A DNA stretch of 64,000 bases from an uncultured Actinomycetes bacterium (GCA_964551945.1 CAZKFH010000001.1:81274-145273), one strand, 5' to 3'; shown: positions 26,744 through 35,523, counted from the first letter of the stretch. Notes: generated from the letters alone by a model not told the origin. Made by a program: numbers and translations.

Positions 26744-27012
26744 GTAGCTCGGAGCTCCTCTTCAACGTGGTGTTGATCGGTCAAGGCATCGGCCTGCTTT
26801 TCCTCGCCAGGTTGATCGGGTCCTGGTGGCTCCTTCTCGTCCCAGTCGTCGGATGGCCGCTGTTCCTTGTCGGCGTCGCAAAGGACTGGTGGGAGGTTGA
26901 GTTCTTCGATACGGAGGCCGGTTACACCCTTGCATTCCCGTTTGCAGTGCTTGGAGCGGTCGGGGTTGTCGTCGGCCAGGTCCTCCATCGTCCTCGGAAG
27001 GAAGCCAGGTGA
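26740..27012 (+). CDS. small membrane protein (2 TM) embedded in the arg operon
   Basis: ATGA overlap with the argJ stop and GTGA overlap with the argB start; hydrophobic 90-aa ORF. Confidence 0.45.
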   Translation: MSSSELLFNVVLIGQGIGLLFLARLIGSWWLLLVPVVGWPLFLVGVAKDWWEVEFFDTEAGYTLAFPFAVLGAVGVVVGQVLHRPRKEAR

Positions 27013-27914
27013 CAAGCGAGCCTGTGGTGCGCGAGCGCGAGGTGGCGCAGCGGACGCTGTCGAAGGCGCGGGTGCTCCTCGAGGCGCTCCCGTACATGAA
27101 GGAGCACTCGGGGAAGACCGTGGTGGTCAAGCTCGGCGGGGCCGCGATGGCCGACCCGGGCCCGGCCTCGAGCTTCGCGGAGGACGTGGCGCTGCTCCGC
27201 CTGGCCGGCGTGCATGTCGTGGTGGTGCACGGGGGCGGGCCGCAGATCAGCGAGCTCTCCGAGCGGCTCGGCATCGAGACCCGATTCGAGCGCGGGCTCC
27301 GCGTGACCGACGCGGAGACCCTCGACGTGGCGCGGATGGTGCTCATCGGCAAGATCAACACCGAGATCGTGGCCGCGATCAACCGGCAAGGCGTCCCGGC
27401 GGCCGGCGTCTCGGGCGACGACGGCGCGCTGTTCGTGGCGCGGCCGAAGGAGCGGACCGAGGAAGGCGTGGACCTCGGCCTGGTGGGCGACATCGTCGAG
27501 GTGCGCCCCGCACTGCTCCAGGACCTGATGCAGCGGTTCGTCCCGGTCGTGGCTTCCACCGCGACCGACGGGCGCGGGCAGGGCTTAAATGTGAACGCAG
27601 ACGAGGCCGCGGCCGCGCTCGCCGTCGCCCTCGGCGCTGAGAAGCTGATCTTCATGACCGACGTCCCCGGCCTGTACGAGGAGCTCGGCGGCGTCGAGCA
27701 GCTCCTGTCCGAGGTCTCGCTGGCGGAGTGCGAGCGGCTGCTCGCGGACGGCGTGGTCGAGGGCGGCATGGTGCCGAAGGTCGAGGCCGTGCTCCAGGCA
27801 ATGAAGGGCGGCGTGCACAAGGCGCACATCCTGGACGGCCGCGTGCCGCACGCCCTGATCCTCGAGATGTTCACTCCCGAGGGCCTCGGAACGATGATCA
27901 CGGAGGATTCGTGA
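27009..27914 (+). CDS. argB: acetylglutamate kinase
   Basis: 'VVVKLGGAAM…VVVHGGGPQI' amino-acid-kinase motifs. Confidence 0.9.
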   Translation: MTSEPVVREREVAQRTLSKARVLLEALPYMKEHSGKTVVVKLGGAAMADPGPASSFAEDVALLRLAGVHVVVVHGGGPQISELSERLGIETRFERGLRVTDAETLDVARMVLIGKINTEIVAAINRQGVPAAGVSGDDGALFVARPKERTEEGVDLGLVGDIVEVRPALLQDLMQRFVPVVASTATDGRGQGLNVNADEAAAALAVALGAEKLIFMTDVPGLYEELGGVEQLLSEVSLAECERLLADGVVEGGMVPKVEAVLQAMKGGVHKAHILDGRVPHALILEMFTPEGLGTMITEDS

Positions 27915-29059
27915 GCACGCTGGCCGCGCGCGAGGCCGCGGCGATCATGCCGACCTACACGCGCTACCCGGTCACGTTCGTGCGCGGGGAGGGGATGCGG
28001 TTGTGGGACGCGGAAGGGACGGAATACCTGGACTTCGCGGCCGGGATCGCGGTTGCGTCGATCGGGCACTCGCATCCGAAGTGGGTCGAGGCGGTCTGCT
28101 CACAGGCCCGCGAGCTGGCGCACGTGAGCAACCTGTTCTACACGGAGCCGCAGGTCTCGCTGGCGGAGCGGTTGGCGTCAGTGACTGGGTTGTCACAGGC
28201 GTTCTTCGCCAACTCCGGCGCCGAGGCGAACGAGGCCGCGGTCAAGCTCGCTCGGCGCGCGACCGGCAGGTCGAAGGTCGTGGCCGCGATCGGCAGCTTC
28301 CACGGGCGGACTTTCGCGACACTCGCGGCGACCGGACAGAAGGAGAAGCACGAAGCGTTCCAGCCACTGCCGGACTGGTTCACGCACGTGCCGTACGGCG
28401 ACGTGAGCGCGCTGCGCGCGGCGGTGGACAACGAGACGAGCGCGGTGCTGCTCGAGCCGGTGCTGGGGGAGGGCGGCGTGGTGCCGGCGCCCGATGGCTA
28501 CCTCGAGGCGGCCCGCAGGGTTTGTGACACGGCGGGCGCGCTCTTGGTGCTCGACGAAGTGCAGACTGGTGTCGGTCGGTGCGGCGCTTGGCTCGCCTCG
28601 CAGCTCGCGGAGGTCAGGCCCGACATCGTCACGCTGGCGAAGGCGCTGGGCGGCGGGTTGCCGATCGGCGCGTGTCTCGCTCGCGAGGGGATCGCGTTCG
28701 CGGCGGGGGAGCACGCCTCGACGTTCGGCGGCGGACCGATCGTGTGCGCGGCAGCGCTCGCGGTGCTCGACGTGATCGAGGAAGAGGGCCTGCTGGAGAA
28801 CTCGCAGCAGCGTGGCGAGCAGTTGGTGAAGGGTCTCGGGGAGCTCTCCGTGGAGCCGCGTGGCCTCGGGCTGCTGGTCGGCGCCAAGGTTCCGGGCGAG
28901 AACGCCGACGGGGTCGTGCGCGCCGCGCTGAAGGAACAGCTGGTTCTCACGGTCGCGGGCAAGGACGTGGTCCGGTTCACCCCGCCGCTCATGGTTTCGG
29001 CGGACGAGGTCGACGAGGCGGTCGCACGTTTCTCGCGGGCGCTGGAGCACGCCGCATGA
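27911..29059 (+). CDS. argD: acetylornithine aminotransferase
   Basis: Class III PLP aminotransferase motifs ('LDEVQTGVGRCG', 'TLAKALGGGLPIGA'). GTG start overlaps the argB stop. Confidence 0.85.
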   Translation: MSTLAAREAAAIMPTYTRYPVTFVRGEGMRLWDAEGTEYLDFAAGIAVASIGHSHPKWVEAVCSQARELAHVSNLFYTEPQVSLAERLASVTGLSQAFFANSGAEANEAAVKLARRATGRSKVVAAIGSFHGRTFATLAATGQKEKHEAFQPLPDWFTHVPYGDVSALRAAVDNETSAVLLEPVLGEGGVVPAPDGYLEAARRVCDTAGALLVLDEVQTGVGRCGAWLASQLAEVRPDIVTLAKALGGGLPIGACLAREGIAFAAGEHASTFGGGPIVCAAALAVLDVIEEEGLLENSQQRGEQLVKGLGELSVEPRGLGLLVGAKVPGENADGVVRAALKEQLVLTVAGKDVVRFTPPLMVSADEVDEAVARFSRALEHAA

Positions 29060-29517
29060 AGCGCAGGCGGCAGAACGCGATCCTCGACCTGGTCCGGAAG
29101 GAATCGCTCGGCTCGCAGGCGGCGATCCTCGAGCGGCTGCGCGAGCAGGGCTTCGAGGTCACGCAGCCGACAGTGTCGCGTGACCTGGAGGAGCTCGGGC
29201 TGGTTCGTGCGCGGGACGAGGAGGGGCACCTCCGATACGTTCCTCCCGGCGCGGCGACCAACGGGCACGGGGTCGAGCGCCTGCACCGCGTGCTGGCGGA
29301 GTTTGTCATGGGGCTCGAGGCCTCGCGGAACATCGTCGTGGTGCGGACTCCCCCGGGCTCCGCGAACACGGTTGCGCAGGTGATCGACCAGGTCGGGCTG
29401 GAGGACGTGATCGGTACGGTTGCCGGCGACGACACGATCCTGGTGGTGACGCGCGAGGGCGTCCGCGCGACGACCGTCGTGAAGCGCCTGCAGGACCTGA
29501 TCGAGGGCGCGGCATGA
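29056..29517 (+). CDS. argR: arginine repressor
   Basis: N-terminal wHTH 'QAAILERLREQGFEVTQPTVSRDLEEL' and C-terminal 'GTVAGDDTILVV' oligomerisation/arginine-binding motif. Confidence 0.85.
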   Translation: MKRRRQNAILDLVRKESLGSQAAILERLREQGFEVTQPTVSRDLEELGLVRARDEEGHLRYVPPGAATNGHGVERLHRVLAEFVMGLEASRNIVVVRTPPGSANTVAQVIDQVGLEDVIGTVAGDDTILVVTREGVRATTVVKRLQDLIEGAA

Positions 29518-32177
29518 CCGACCGCGTGGTGCTCGCGTACTCAGGTGGCCTGGACACCTCGGTCGCCGCGCGGACGCTCCGCGAGGAGCGGGGCCTCGAC
29601 GTCGTGGCGGCCTTCGTCGATCTCGGCCAGCCGTTCGACCGCGTGGAGGTGGAGGAGCGCGCAGCCGCGGCGGAGGTTGAGCTTCACGTCGTCGATGCGC
29701 GTGAGGTCTTCGCGTCTCAGTTCTGTTTGCCCGCGCTGCACGCCAACGCGCTGTACGAGGGCAAGTACCCCTTGGTCTCCGCGCTGGCCCGCCCATTGAT
29801 CGCCGCCGAGGTGGTCCGCATCGCCCGCGAGACCGGCGCGAAGTTCGTCGCGCACGGCTGCACGGGTAAGGGGAACGACCAGGTCCGGTTCGAGACGTCG
29901 TTCGCGGCGCTCGGGCCCGATCTCGGCGTGATCGCGCCGGTTCGTGAGGAGTCCCTGTCACGCGAGGAGTCGCTGGAGCGCGCAGCCCGGTGGGGGATCC
30001 CGATCCAGACGGTGGCCAAGAAGTACTCGGTGGACGAGAACCTGTGGGGCCGGACGGTCGAGTGCAGCGAGCTCGAGGATCCGTGGATCGAGCCGCCCGC
30101 CGACGCGTTCGAGCTCACCGTCGATCCGCGCCACGCGCCGGACGAGCCTGCGGAGATCGTGATCGGGTTCGAGGGCGGCGCGCCGGTGTCCCTCGACGGC
30201 GCGGGGTTGTCGCCCGTCGATCTGATCGCACGGCTCACCGAGGTCGCCGGCGCTCACGGGTACGGGCGCGTGGACATGGTCGAGAACCGCCTGGTGGGCA
30301 TCAAGTCGCGCGAGCTGTACGAGGTGCCCGGCGCGCTCGCGCTGATCGCCGCGCACCGCGAGCTTGAAGACCTGACGCTCGAGCGTGACCTGGCGCACGA
30401 GAAGGCCGGGCTTGAGCGCCGCTGGGCCGAGCTCTGCTACTACGGGCAGTGGTACGGACCGCTGCACGCGGGGCTGCGCGCGTTCATGGCCGAGACGCAG
30501 GCCGATGTCACCGGCGAAGTGCGGGTTCGATTCCACAAGGGCACGGCGACCGTGATCGGCCGGCGCAGCCCCAAGTCCCTCTACGACTTCTCGCTCGCGA
30601 CGTACGAGCGCGGCGCGGACCGGTTCGACCAGCGTCAGGCGGCCGGGTTCATCTCGCTGTGGTCGCTCCCGATCAAGACGTGGGCCGCGCGCGGAGCGAA
30701 CGTGCAGGGCGTGCCCGCTGCACCTGCTGCACCCCCACGCGCGGCCCAACCTGCTCCGACGCAGACCGAGTCGGCCCCGGTTGCGCCGGCGCCTTCGGGA
30801 AGTGTTCGTCCCACCTGGGCCGGTCGGTTCGAGTCGGCCCCCGCCGAGGATGCGATGGCGTTCACGAAGTCCCTCGGGTTCGACCGGCGGCTGATCCTGC
30901 AGGACCTCCTGGTCACGCGGTTGCATGTGGCCGCACTCGGACGGGCGAAGCTGCTCGAGGCAGAGGAGCGGAAGACCCTGGATGGCGAGCTCCAAAACCT
31001 GGCGGCGGAGGCGCGAGCGGGGGAGTTCCCGTTCGACGACGCCGACGAGGACGTGCACTCCTCCGTCGAGCGCGTCCTGACCGAGCGGCTGGGTGACCTC
31101 GGCGCGAAGGTGCACGCGGGTCGGAGCCGCAACGACCTGGTGGTCACCGATCTCCGTCTGTGGATCACCGAGGCCGCGGAGCGACTGACGGCGGCGTGCG
31201 AGAAGCTGGCCATCGCGCTCGCGAACCGGGCCGAGCAGAACGCCGAGACGATCGTGCCCGGGTACACGCACCTGCAACGAGCACAGCCGATCACGCTCGG
31301 TCACCACCTGATGGCGCATGCTTCCCCGCTGGCGCGCGACGCCGACAGGTTCCGGCTTGCCGCCGCCTCCGCGGGAACCTCGGCTCTCGGTGCCGGAGCG
31401 CTCGCCACATCCACGCTCGGGCTCGGCGCGACCGCGACCGCGGAGGTCCTCGGCTTCGACGTCTTCGACAACTCGATCGACGCCGTGAGCGATCGTGACT
31501 TCGCGCTGGACTTCCTGGCGGCCTGCGTATCGACCGCGGTGCACGTCTCCCGGCTGGGCGAGGACTTGGTGCTGTGGTGCTCGCAGGAGTTCGGGTTCGC
31601 TCGGCCCCACGATGCGTACGCGACCGGGTCGAGCATGATGCCGCAGAAGCGGAACCCGGACGTCGCGGAGCTGGCACGCGGCAAGGCCGGCCGTGTCCTG
31701 GGCGACTACGTGCAGCTCGCGACCGTGCTCAAGGGCCTGCCGCTCGCATACGCGCGCGACCTCCAGGAGGACAAGGAGGCGGTGTTCGACGCGCACGACG
31801 CGCTGCTCCCCGCACTCGAGGCGCTGAGCGGCATGGTCGAGTCGCTCACGTTCGACAAGGAGCGCATGCGCCAGGCCGCGAGCGACCCGTCATTGCTTGC
31901 CACGGACCTCACCGAGCACCTGGTCCGCAAGGGCGTCCCGTTCCGCGAGGCACACGAAGCGATCGGCGGTCTCGTCGCGAAGCTTGAAGCTGAAGGACGA
32001 ACCCTCGGCGACGTCAAGCCAGACGAGTGGTCGGGGCTCGATGGGCGTCTCGACGAGGAGACGGGCGTCCTGCTCGATCCTGAGATCTCGATCTCTCATC
32101 GCGCCGGGCCCGGTGGTCCGTCACCGAACTCGGTCCGCGACCAGGTCGCGGTGCTGCGCTCGAAGCTCGGCCGCTGA
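29514..32177 (+). CDS. argG/argH: argininosuccinate synthase fused in-frame to argininosuccinate lyase (ArgG-ArgH) via a Pro/Ala-rich linker
   Basis: N-terminal 'AYSGGLDTS' ArgG P-loop through '…SLWSLPIKTW'. A ~40-aa PAAPAAPPRAAQPAPTQTESAPVAPAPS linker (nt ~30687-30812). Then ArgH 'WAGRFE…' to 'GSSMMPQKRNPD'. No stop codon between the two. Confidence 0.7.
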   Translation: MTDRVVLAYSGGLDTSVAARTLREERGLDVVAAFVDLGQPFDRVEVEERAAAAEVELHVVDAREVFASQFCLPALHANALYEGKYPLVSALARPLIAAEVVRIARETGAKFVAHGCTGKGNDQVRFETSFAALGPDLGVIAPVREESLSREESLERAARWGIPIQTVAKKYSVDENLWGRTVECSELEDPWIEPPADAFELTVDPRHAPDEPAEIVIGFEGGAPVSLDGAGLSPVDLIARLTEVAGAHGYGRVDMVENRLVGIKSRELYEVPGALALIAAHRELEDLTLERDLAHEKAGLERRWAELCYYGQWYGPLHAGLRAFMAETQADVTGEVRVRFHKGTATVIGRRSPKSLYDFSLATYERGADRFDQRQAAGFISLWSLPIKTWAARGANVQGVPAAPAAPPRAAQPAPTQTESAPVAPAPSGSVRPTWAGRFESAPAEDAMAFTKSLGFDRRLILQDLLVTRLHVAALGRAKLLEAEERKTLDGELQNLAAEARAGEFPFDDADEDVHSSVERVLTERLGDLGAKVHAGRSRNDLVVTDLRLWITEAAERLTAACEKLAIALANRAEQNAETIVPGYTHLQRAQPITLGHHLMAHASPLARDADRFRLAAASAGTSALGAGALATSTLGLGATATAEVLGFDVFDNSIDAVSDRDFALDFLAACVSTAVHVSRLGEDLVLWCSQEFGFARPHDAYATGSSMMPQKRNPDVAELARGKAGRVLGDYVQLATVLKGLPLAYARDLQEDKEAVFDAHDALLPALEALSGMVESLTFDKERMRQAASDPSLLATDLTEHLVRKGVPFREAHEAIGGLVAKLEAEGRTLGDVKPDEWSGLDGRLDEETGVLLDPEISISHRAGPGGPSPNSVRDQVAVLRSKLGR

Positions 32178-32218
32178 CGCCAACGCACAAGTTGGCGGCC
32201 GCGCGTACTCTCTCCGAG

Positions 32219-32587
32219 ATGGACTCTGGAGCCGAGGAGGTGGAGGCGTACCTCGCCGGGGTGCCTGAGGATGCGCGCGCGGAACTCGAGAACATTCGGA
32301 AGACGATCCGTGCCGCCGCCGGGCCGAACGCCGAGGAGGGCTTCAGCTACGGGATCCCCGCTTTCAAGCTGAACGGAAGGCCCCTGGTCGCCTACGCGGC
32401 GCTGAAGAACCACTGCAGCTTCTTCCCGATGAGTCCCGCCGTGATCCAGGCGCACGCGAAGGAGCTCTCGGGCTACGAGACCGCGAAGGGCACCATCCGG
32501 TTCACCGCGGACAATCCGCTTCCGTCCGCGTTGGTTCGGAAACTCGTCAAGGCGCGGATCGCAGAGAGCGAGGCCCCGGAAGCGTGA
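32219..32587 (+). CDS. DUF1801 (YdhG-like) domain protein
   Basis: 'VEAYLAGVPEDARAELENIRKTI' typical DUF1801 N-terminus. Track start 32192 (TTG); ATG at 32219 preferred. Confidence 0.6.
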   Translation: MDSGAEEVEAYLAGVPEDARAELENIRKTIRAAAGPNAEEGFSYGIPAFKLNGRPLVAYAALKNHCSFFPMSPAVIQAHAKELSGYETAKGTIRFTADNPLPSALVRKLVKARIAESEAPEA

Positions 32588-32871
32588 GTCGTCGCCAACG
32601 AGGTGAGTTCACACAGCGCGTGCGTGACCGCATCCTTTCATTGCGGCCGGGGGAGGTCGCCACATACGGGGAGATCGCTGAGGAGGCAGGGTCCCCCCGA
32701 GCGGCTCAGGCTGTCGGCAACGTGCTCTCGCGAGGGGATGGACTCCCGTGGTGGAGGGTCGTAACCGTCACGGGACGCTTCGCGCCTGGGCACGAGGCTG
32801 AGCAGGCGGCGCAGCTTCGGCGCGAGGGTCACACGGTTGGCCCAAACGGCTTCCAGAGGTTCAGGGCGTGA
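32584..32871 (+). CDS. atl: alkyltransferase-like protein (MGMT-family DNA-binding domain lacking the catalytic Cys: 'PWWRV' instead of 'PCHRV')
   Basis: 95 aa. 'GEVATYGEIA…GNVLSRGDGLPWWRVV' is the MGMT C-terminal domain with Trp at the Cys-acceptor position, as in ATL proteins. GTGA overlap with the upstream gene. Confidence 0.7.
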   Translation: MSRRQRGEFTQRVRDRILSLRPGEVATYGEIAEEAGSPRAAQAVGNVLSRGDGLPWWRVVTVTGRFAPGHEAEQAAQLRREGHTVGPNGFQRFRA

Positions 32872-33542
32872 CCGCCGACCTCGACGCCCGCGTTCGCCTC
32901 CACATCTACCGAACGTTCGTGGACCGCGGGACGCCGCCGACGACCGAGGAGACCGCCTCTGCGCTCTCGCTGTCCGAGCCCGGAGCCGCCGATGCGTACC
33001 GGCGGCTGGCGGAGGCGCACGCGATCGTGCTCGAGCCCGGCTCCACCGACGTCTGGATGGCGAACCCGCTCTCAGCCCGGCCCACGCCCTTCGAAGTTCG
33101 GACCGCGGTTGGCCGCAGTTGGTATGGCGTGTGTGCGTGGGATGCGCCGGGCGTGCTGGCGATGGTCGGCAGCGATGGTGTGGTCAGGTCGAGCTGCCCC
33201 GACTGCGACGAGCCGCTCGAGCTGATCGTCGAGAACGGAGAGATGCGCGGCCCGGAGGGGGCGGTCGCCCACTTCCTCGTCCCCGCCAAGCGCTTCTGGG
33301 ACGACATCGGTTTCACCTGAAGCACGATGCTTCTCTTCCGGTCGGAAGAGCACGTCGACACATGGTGCGGGGAGCGAGGCGATCAGAAGGGCGCGGTTCT
33401 CACGCTCGACCAGCTCTGGGGGCTGGGGAAGGCTTGGCACGGTCCGCGACTCGAACTCGACTGGCGCCGTCCGGCACCCGACGAGGCAGAGACGCTCTTC
33501 GCTTCCCTCGGACTCACCGGGGACTTCTGGCGACTGACCTGA
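32868..33542 (+). CDS. MerB-like organomercurial lyase homolog with in-frame TGA (33318-33320) at the catalytic Cys159 position; predicted selenoprotein
   Basis: 'YGVCAWDAPGVLAMVG' aligns with MerB 'YAWCALDTLIFPALIG' (Cys96/Asp99). 'GFT-[TGA]-STMLLFRSEEHVDTW' aligns with 'SFCCHVHFFASVPTAEDW'. Cys-to-TGA spacing is 62 against 63 in MerB. The two parts are in the same frame. GTGA overlap with atl. Confidence 0.6.
33333..33350 (+). promoter_or_regulatory. putative SECIS hairpin (CUCUUCC-GGUC-GGAAGAG) 12 nt downstream of the in-frame UGA
   Basis: Perfect 7-bp stem (8 bp with a 2-nt loop alternative), GU in the loop, at the canonical bacterial SECIS distance. Confidence 0.5.
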
Positions 33543-33555
33543 TGAAGGCGGGAAC

Positions 33556-33951
33556 ATGACACCGACCGAGAAGCAGCCGGGACCGAAGGAGGTCGACGCC
33601 TACCTGGCGAACGTCCCCGAGGAACCGCGGGCGGCACTCGAGAAGCTTCGGAAGGCGATACGGGCAGCCGCGCCGACGGCGACCGAGACGATCAGCTACG
33701 GCATGCCCACATTCAAGATGAACGGTCGGTTCCTGGTGTCGTACGCGGCCTGGAAGAAACATTGCAGCCTCTACCCGGTCTCGGCCTCTTCCTTGGAGGC
33801 GGTCGGGGAGGACCCTGCGGAGTTCGACGTCTCCAAGGGGACCGTGCGATTCCCGCACGCAAAACCTCCGCCGGCTTCGCTCGTTCGCAAGCTGGTGAAG
33901 GATCGGATCGCGAATGAGTTGAGGAGATCTACAAGGGCTGATCGAGCCTGA
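33556..33951 (+). CDS. DUF1801 (YdhG-like) domain protein, second paralog
   Basis: 'VDAYLANVPEEPRAALEKLRKAI'; paralog of 32219-32587. Confidence 0.6.
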   Translation: MTPTEKQPGPKEVDAYLANVPEEPRAALEKLRKAIRAAAPTATETISYGMPTFKMNGRFLVSYAAWKKHCSLYPVSASSLEAVGEDPAEFDVSKGTVRFPHAKPPPASLVRKLVKDRIANELRRSTRADRA

Positions 33952-33957
33952 CGTAGC

Positions 33958-35523
33958 TCAGACCGACCGAAGGAGGCCGCAGCCGGGCTCCCCATTTCCG
34001 AACGCGTGCACGGTCCCCCCGAGGGTCGGCACGATGATCTCCTCACCCGGCTGGCCGTCCACGTTTCCAGTCCGAAGGGTCCATGCCTGGCGCTGCATGT
34101 GGAAGCGACACCGCACCGCCCCCGTGGCCAGGTCGTACGTGCCCACATACCCCGTCTCGTCCTGGGTGTTGCCCGAGAGGACAAAGGCCTCTCGGGCCGT
34201 CTGGGCTGTGACGACCTCGGCCTTGCCATCGCCGTCCACGTCGGCGATGTCCCACGCGAGCACGCCGTTCTTCCCGAGCTGGTCCTCGATGGTCCAGAGC
34301 TGGGTCCCGGTCACCCCGTCGAGGGCGAACAGAAGGGTCGGATACAGCCCCACTCCTCTGAAGAAGTTGACGATCAGGTCGTCGGTCGCGTCGCCGTTCA
34401 CATCGGCCACCCGGAAGGTGCCGGATGGCTGCTGGGGGACCAACGGCGACGACCAGATGGTCGATCCGTCCTTAAGCGACAAAGCCTTGGTGGCTTGACC
34501 CATCGGCAAAACGATCGCTGGCACCTCGCCAGCGAGGATCACTGCAGGGAACGTGGTCATCGGGATGCCGCCGAAACCCTCTGCGCTCCAGGTCGGATCG
34601 ATCTGCAGAGCCTCCTGATCACCTCGGCGGAGGTCGTAGGCGCGAATGCGGACCACCCCACCCTCGGGATTGCCGACGTGCACGCTGACCATGGCGAGCA
34701 TGGTCCGGTTCCCGTCCGCGACGGCGAACGGGTAGCGGGTCACTCCGGCCTGGGTCTGGAGTGATGCCTCCAGGGTTGGTGGAAGACCGAGGTTGAACGT
34801 GAGGAGCTCAACCGTTGAGGTGAAGGCATAGCCCGGGTACGCGATCTCCGACGTGGAGACCACTACCCCCGGCTTCCCGGCGATCGAGACCGGCTCGATA
34901 TTGCGGAACAGGATCGAGCCGTCGGGCACTTCTTCAGTGCGCTCCCACACCACGGACCCGTCGCTGGGATCGAGCATGGTCAGCTTGGCGGTGCCGTCCT
35001 GTGCGGTCGGGGTGAGCGAGGTCGGGGACAGGTGATCGGCCGGGTAGATGCCGTGGGCGATCAGGAGGTCGTCCTGGCCATCGCCGTCGAGATCGCCCAT
35101 CGCGCTGTCTTCGAGCAGGTCGTACCGGGTTCGCTGGGAGATCGGGATGGACCCCTCGGTCGAGAAGTGGCGTTCCCACAGGACGGTGCCGTCCGTACCG
35201 TCCAGCGCCAGGATCTTACGAGCGGGCGATATCGCGGAATCGAGACCCTGATGGATGTAGCCCCCCGGGTGACATGGCATGCACCCGACGTACGCGGCAT
35301 TACGATCCCCGGCCAGCGCGACGATGTCCTCCGTTCCGTCGCCGTTCACGTCGGTGACGCCGGATTGCTGGAAGAAGGCATGGTCGGGATGAACCCATCG
35401 GGCGCTGGTCGCGGTCTGGGCCTCCGCAGAAGAGAGGCTGCTGAGCGTGAGCAGCACCCAACCAAGAGCAGCGAAGCCGCGAGCTCGTTTCCCGTGAGCT
35501 CGTTTCGGCGGATTGCTGCGCAT
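33958..35523 (-). CDS. secreted FG-GAP/VCBS-type repeat beta-propeller protein
   Basis: Start re-assigned to ATG at 35523 (signal peptide 'MRSNPPK…LSSAEA'). Repeated 'DxDGDGxDD' / 'DVNGDGxxD' FG-GAP calcium-binding motifs. Confidence 0.65.
   Translation of the reverse strand: MRSNPPKRAHGKRARGFAALGWVLLTLSSLSSAEAQTATSARWVHPDHAFFQQSGVTDVNGDGTEDIVALAGDRNAAYVGCMPCHPGGYIHQGLDSAISPARKILALDGTDGTVLWERHFSTEGSIPISQRTRYDLLEDSAMGDLDGDGQDDLLIAHGIYPADHLSPTSLTPTAQDGTAKLTMLDPSDGSVVWERTEEVPDGSILFRNIEPVSIAGKPGVVVSTSEIAYPGYAFTSTVELLTFNLGLPPTLEASLQTQAGVTRYPFAVADGNRTMLAMVSVHVGNPEGGVVRIRAYDLRRGDQEALQIDPTWSAEGFGGIPMTTFPAVILAGEVPAIVLPMGQATKALSLKDGSTIWSSPLVPQQPSGTFRVADVNGDATDDLIVNFFRGVGLYPTLLFALDGVTGTQLWTIEDQLGKNGVLAWDIADVDGDGKAEVVTAQTAREAFVLSGNTQDETGYVGTYDLATGAVRCRFHMQRQAWTLRTGNVDGQPGEEIIVPTLGGTVHAFGNGEPGCGLLRSV

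Noticed and set aside
28498-31796. Long minus-strand ORFs (28498-29961, 29958-31796) across argD/argR/argG/argH
   Set aside because: Antisense to strongly supported arg genes.
33318-33320. Alternative reading of the TGA as a genuine stop, giving two separate genes (150 aa and 71 aa) or a pseudogene
   Set aside because: Not fully excluded, but disfavoured. Both parts are in the same frame with no other lesion. The TGA coincides with the catalytic cysteine column of MerB. A SECIS-like hairpin follows at the canonical distance. A second gene in the window shows the same pattern.
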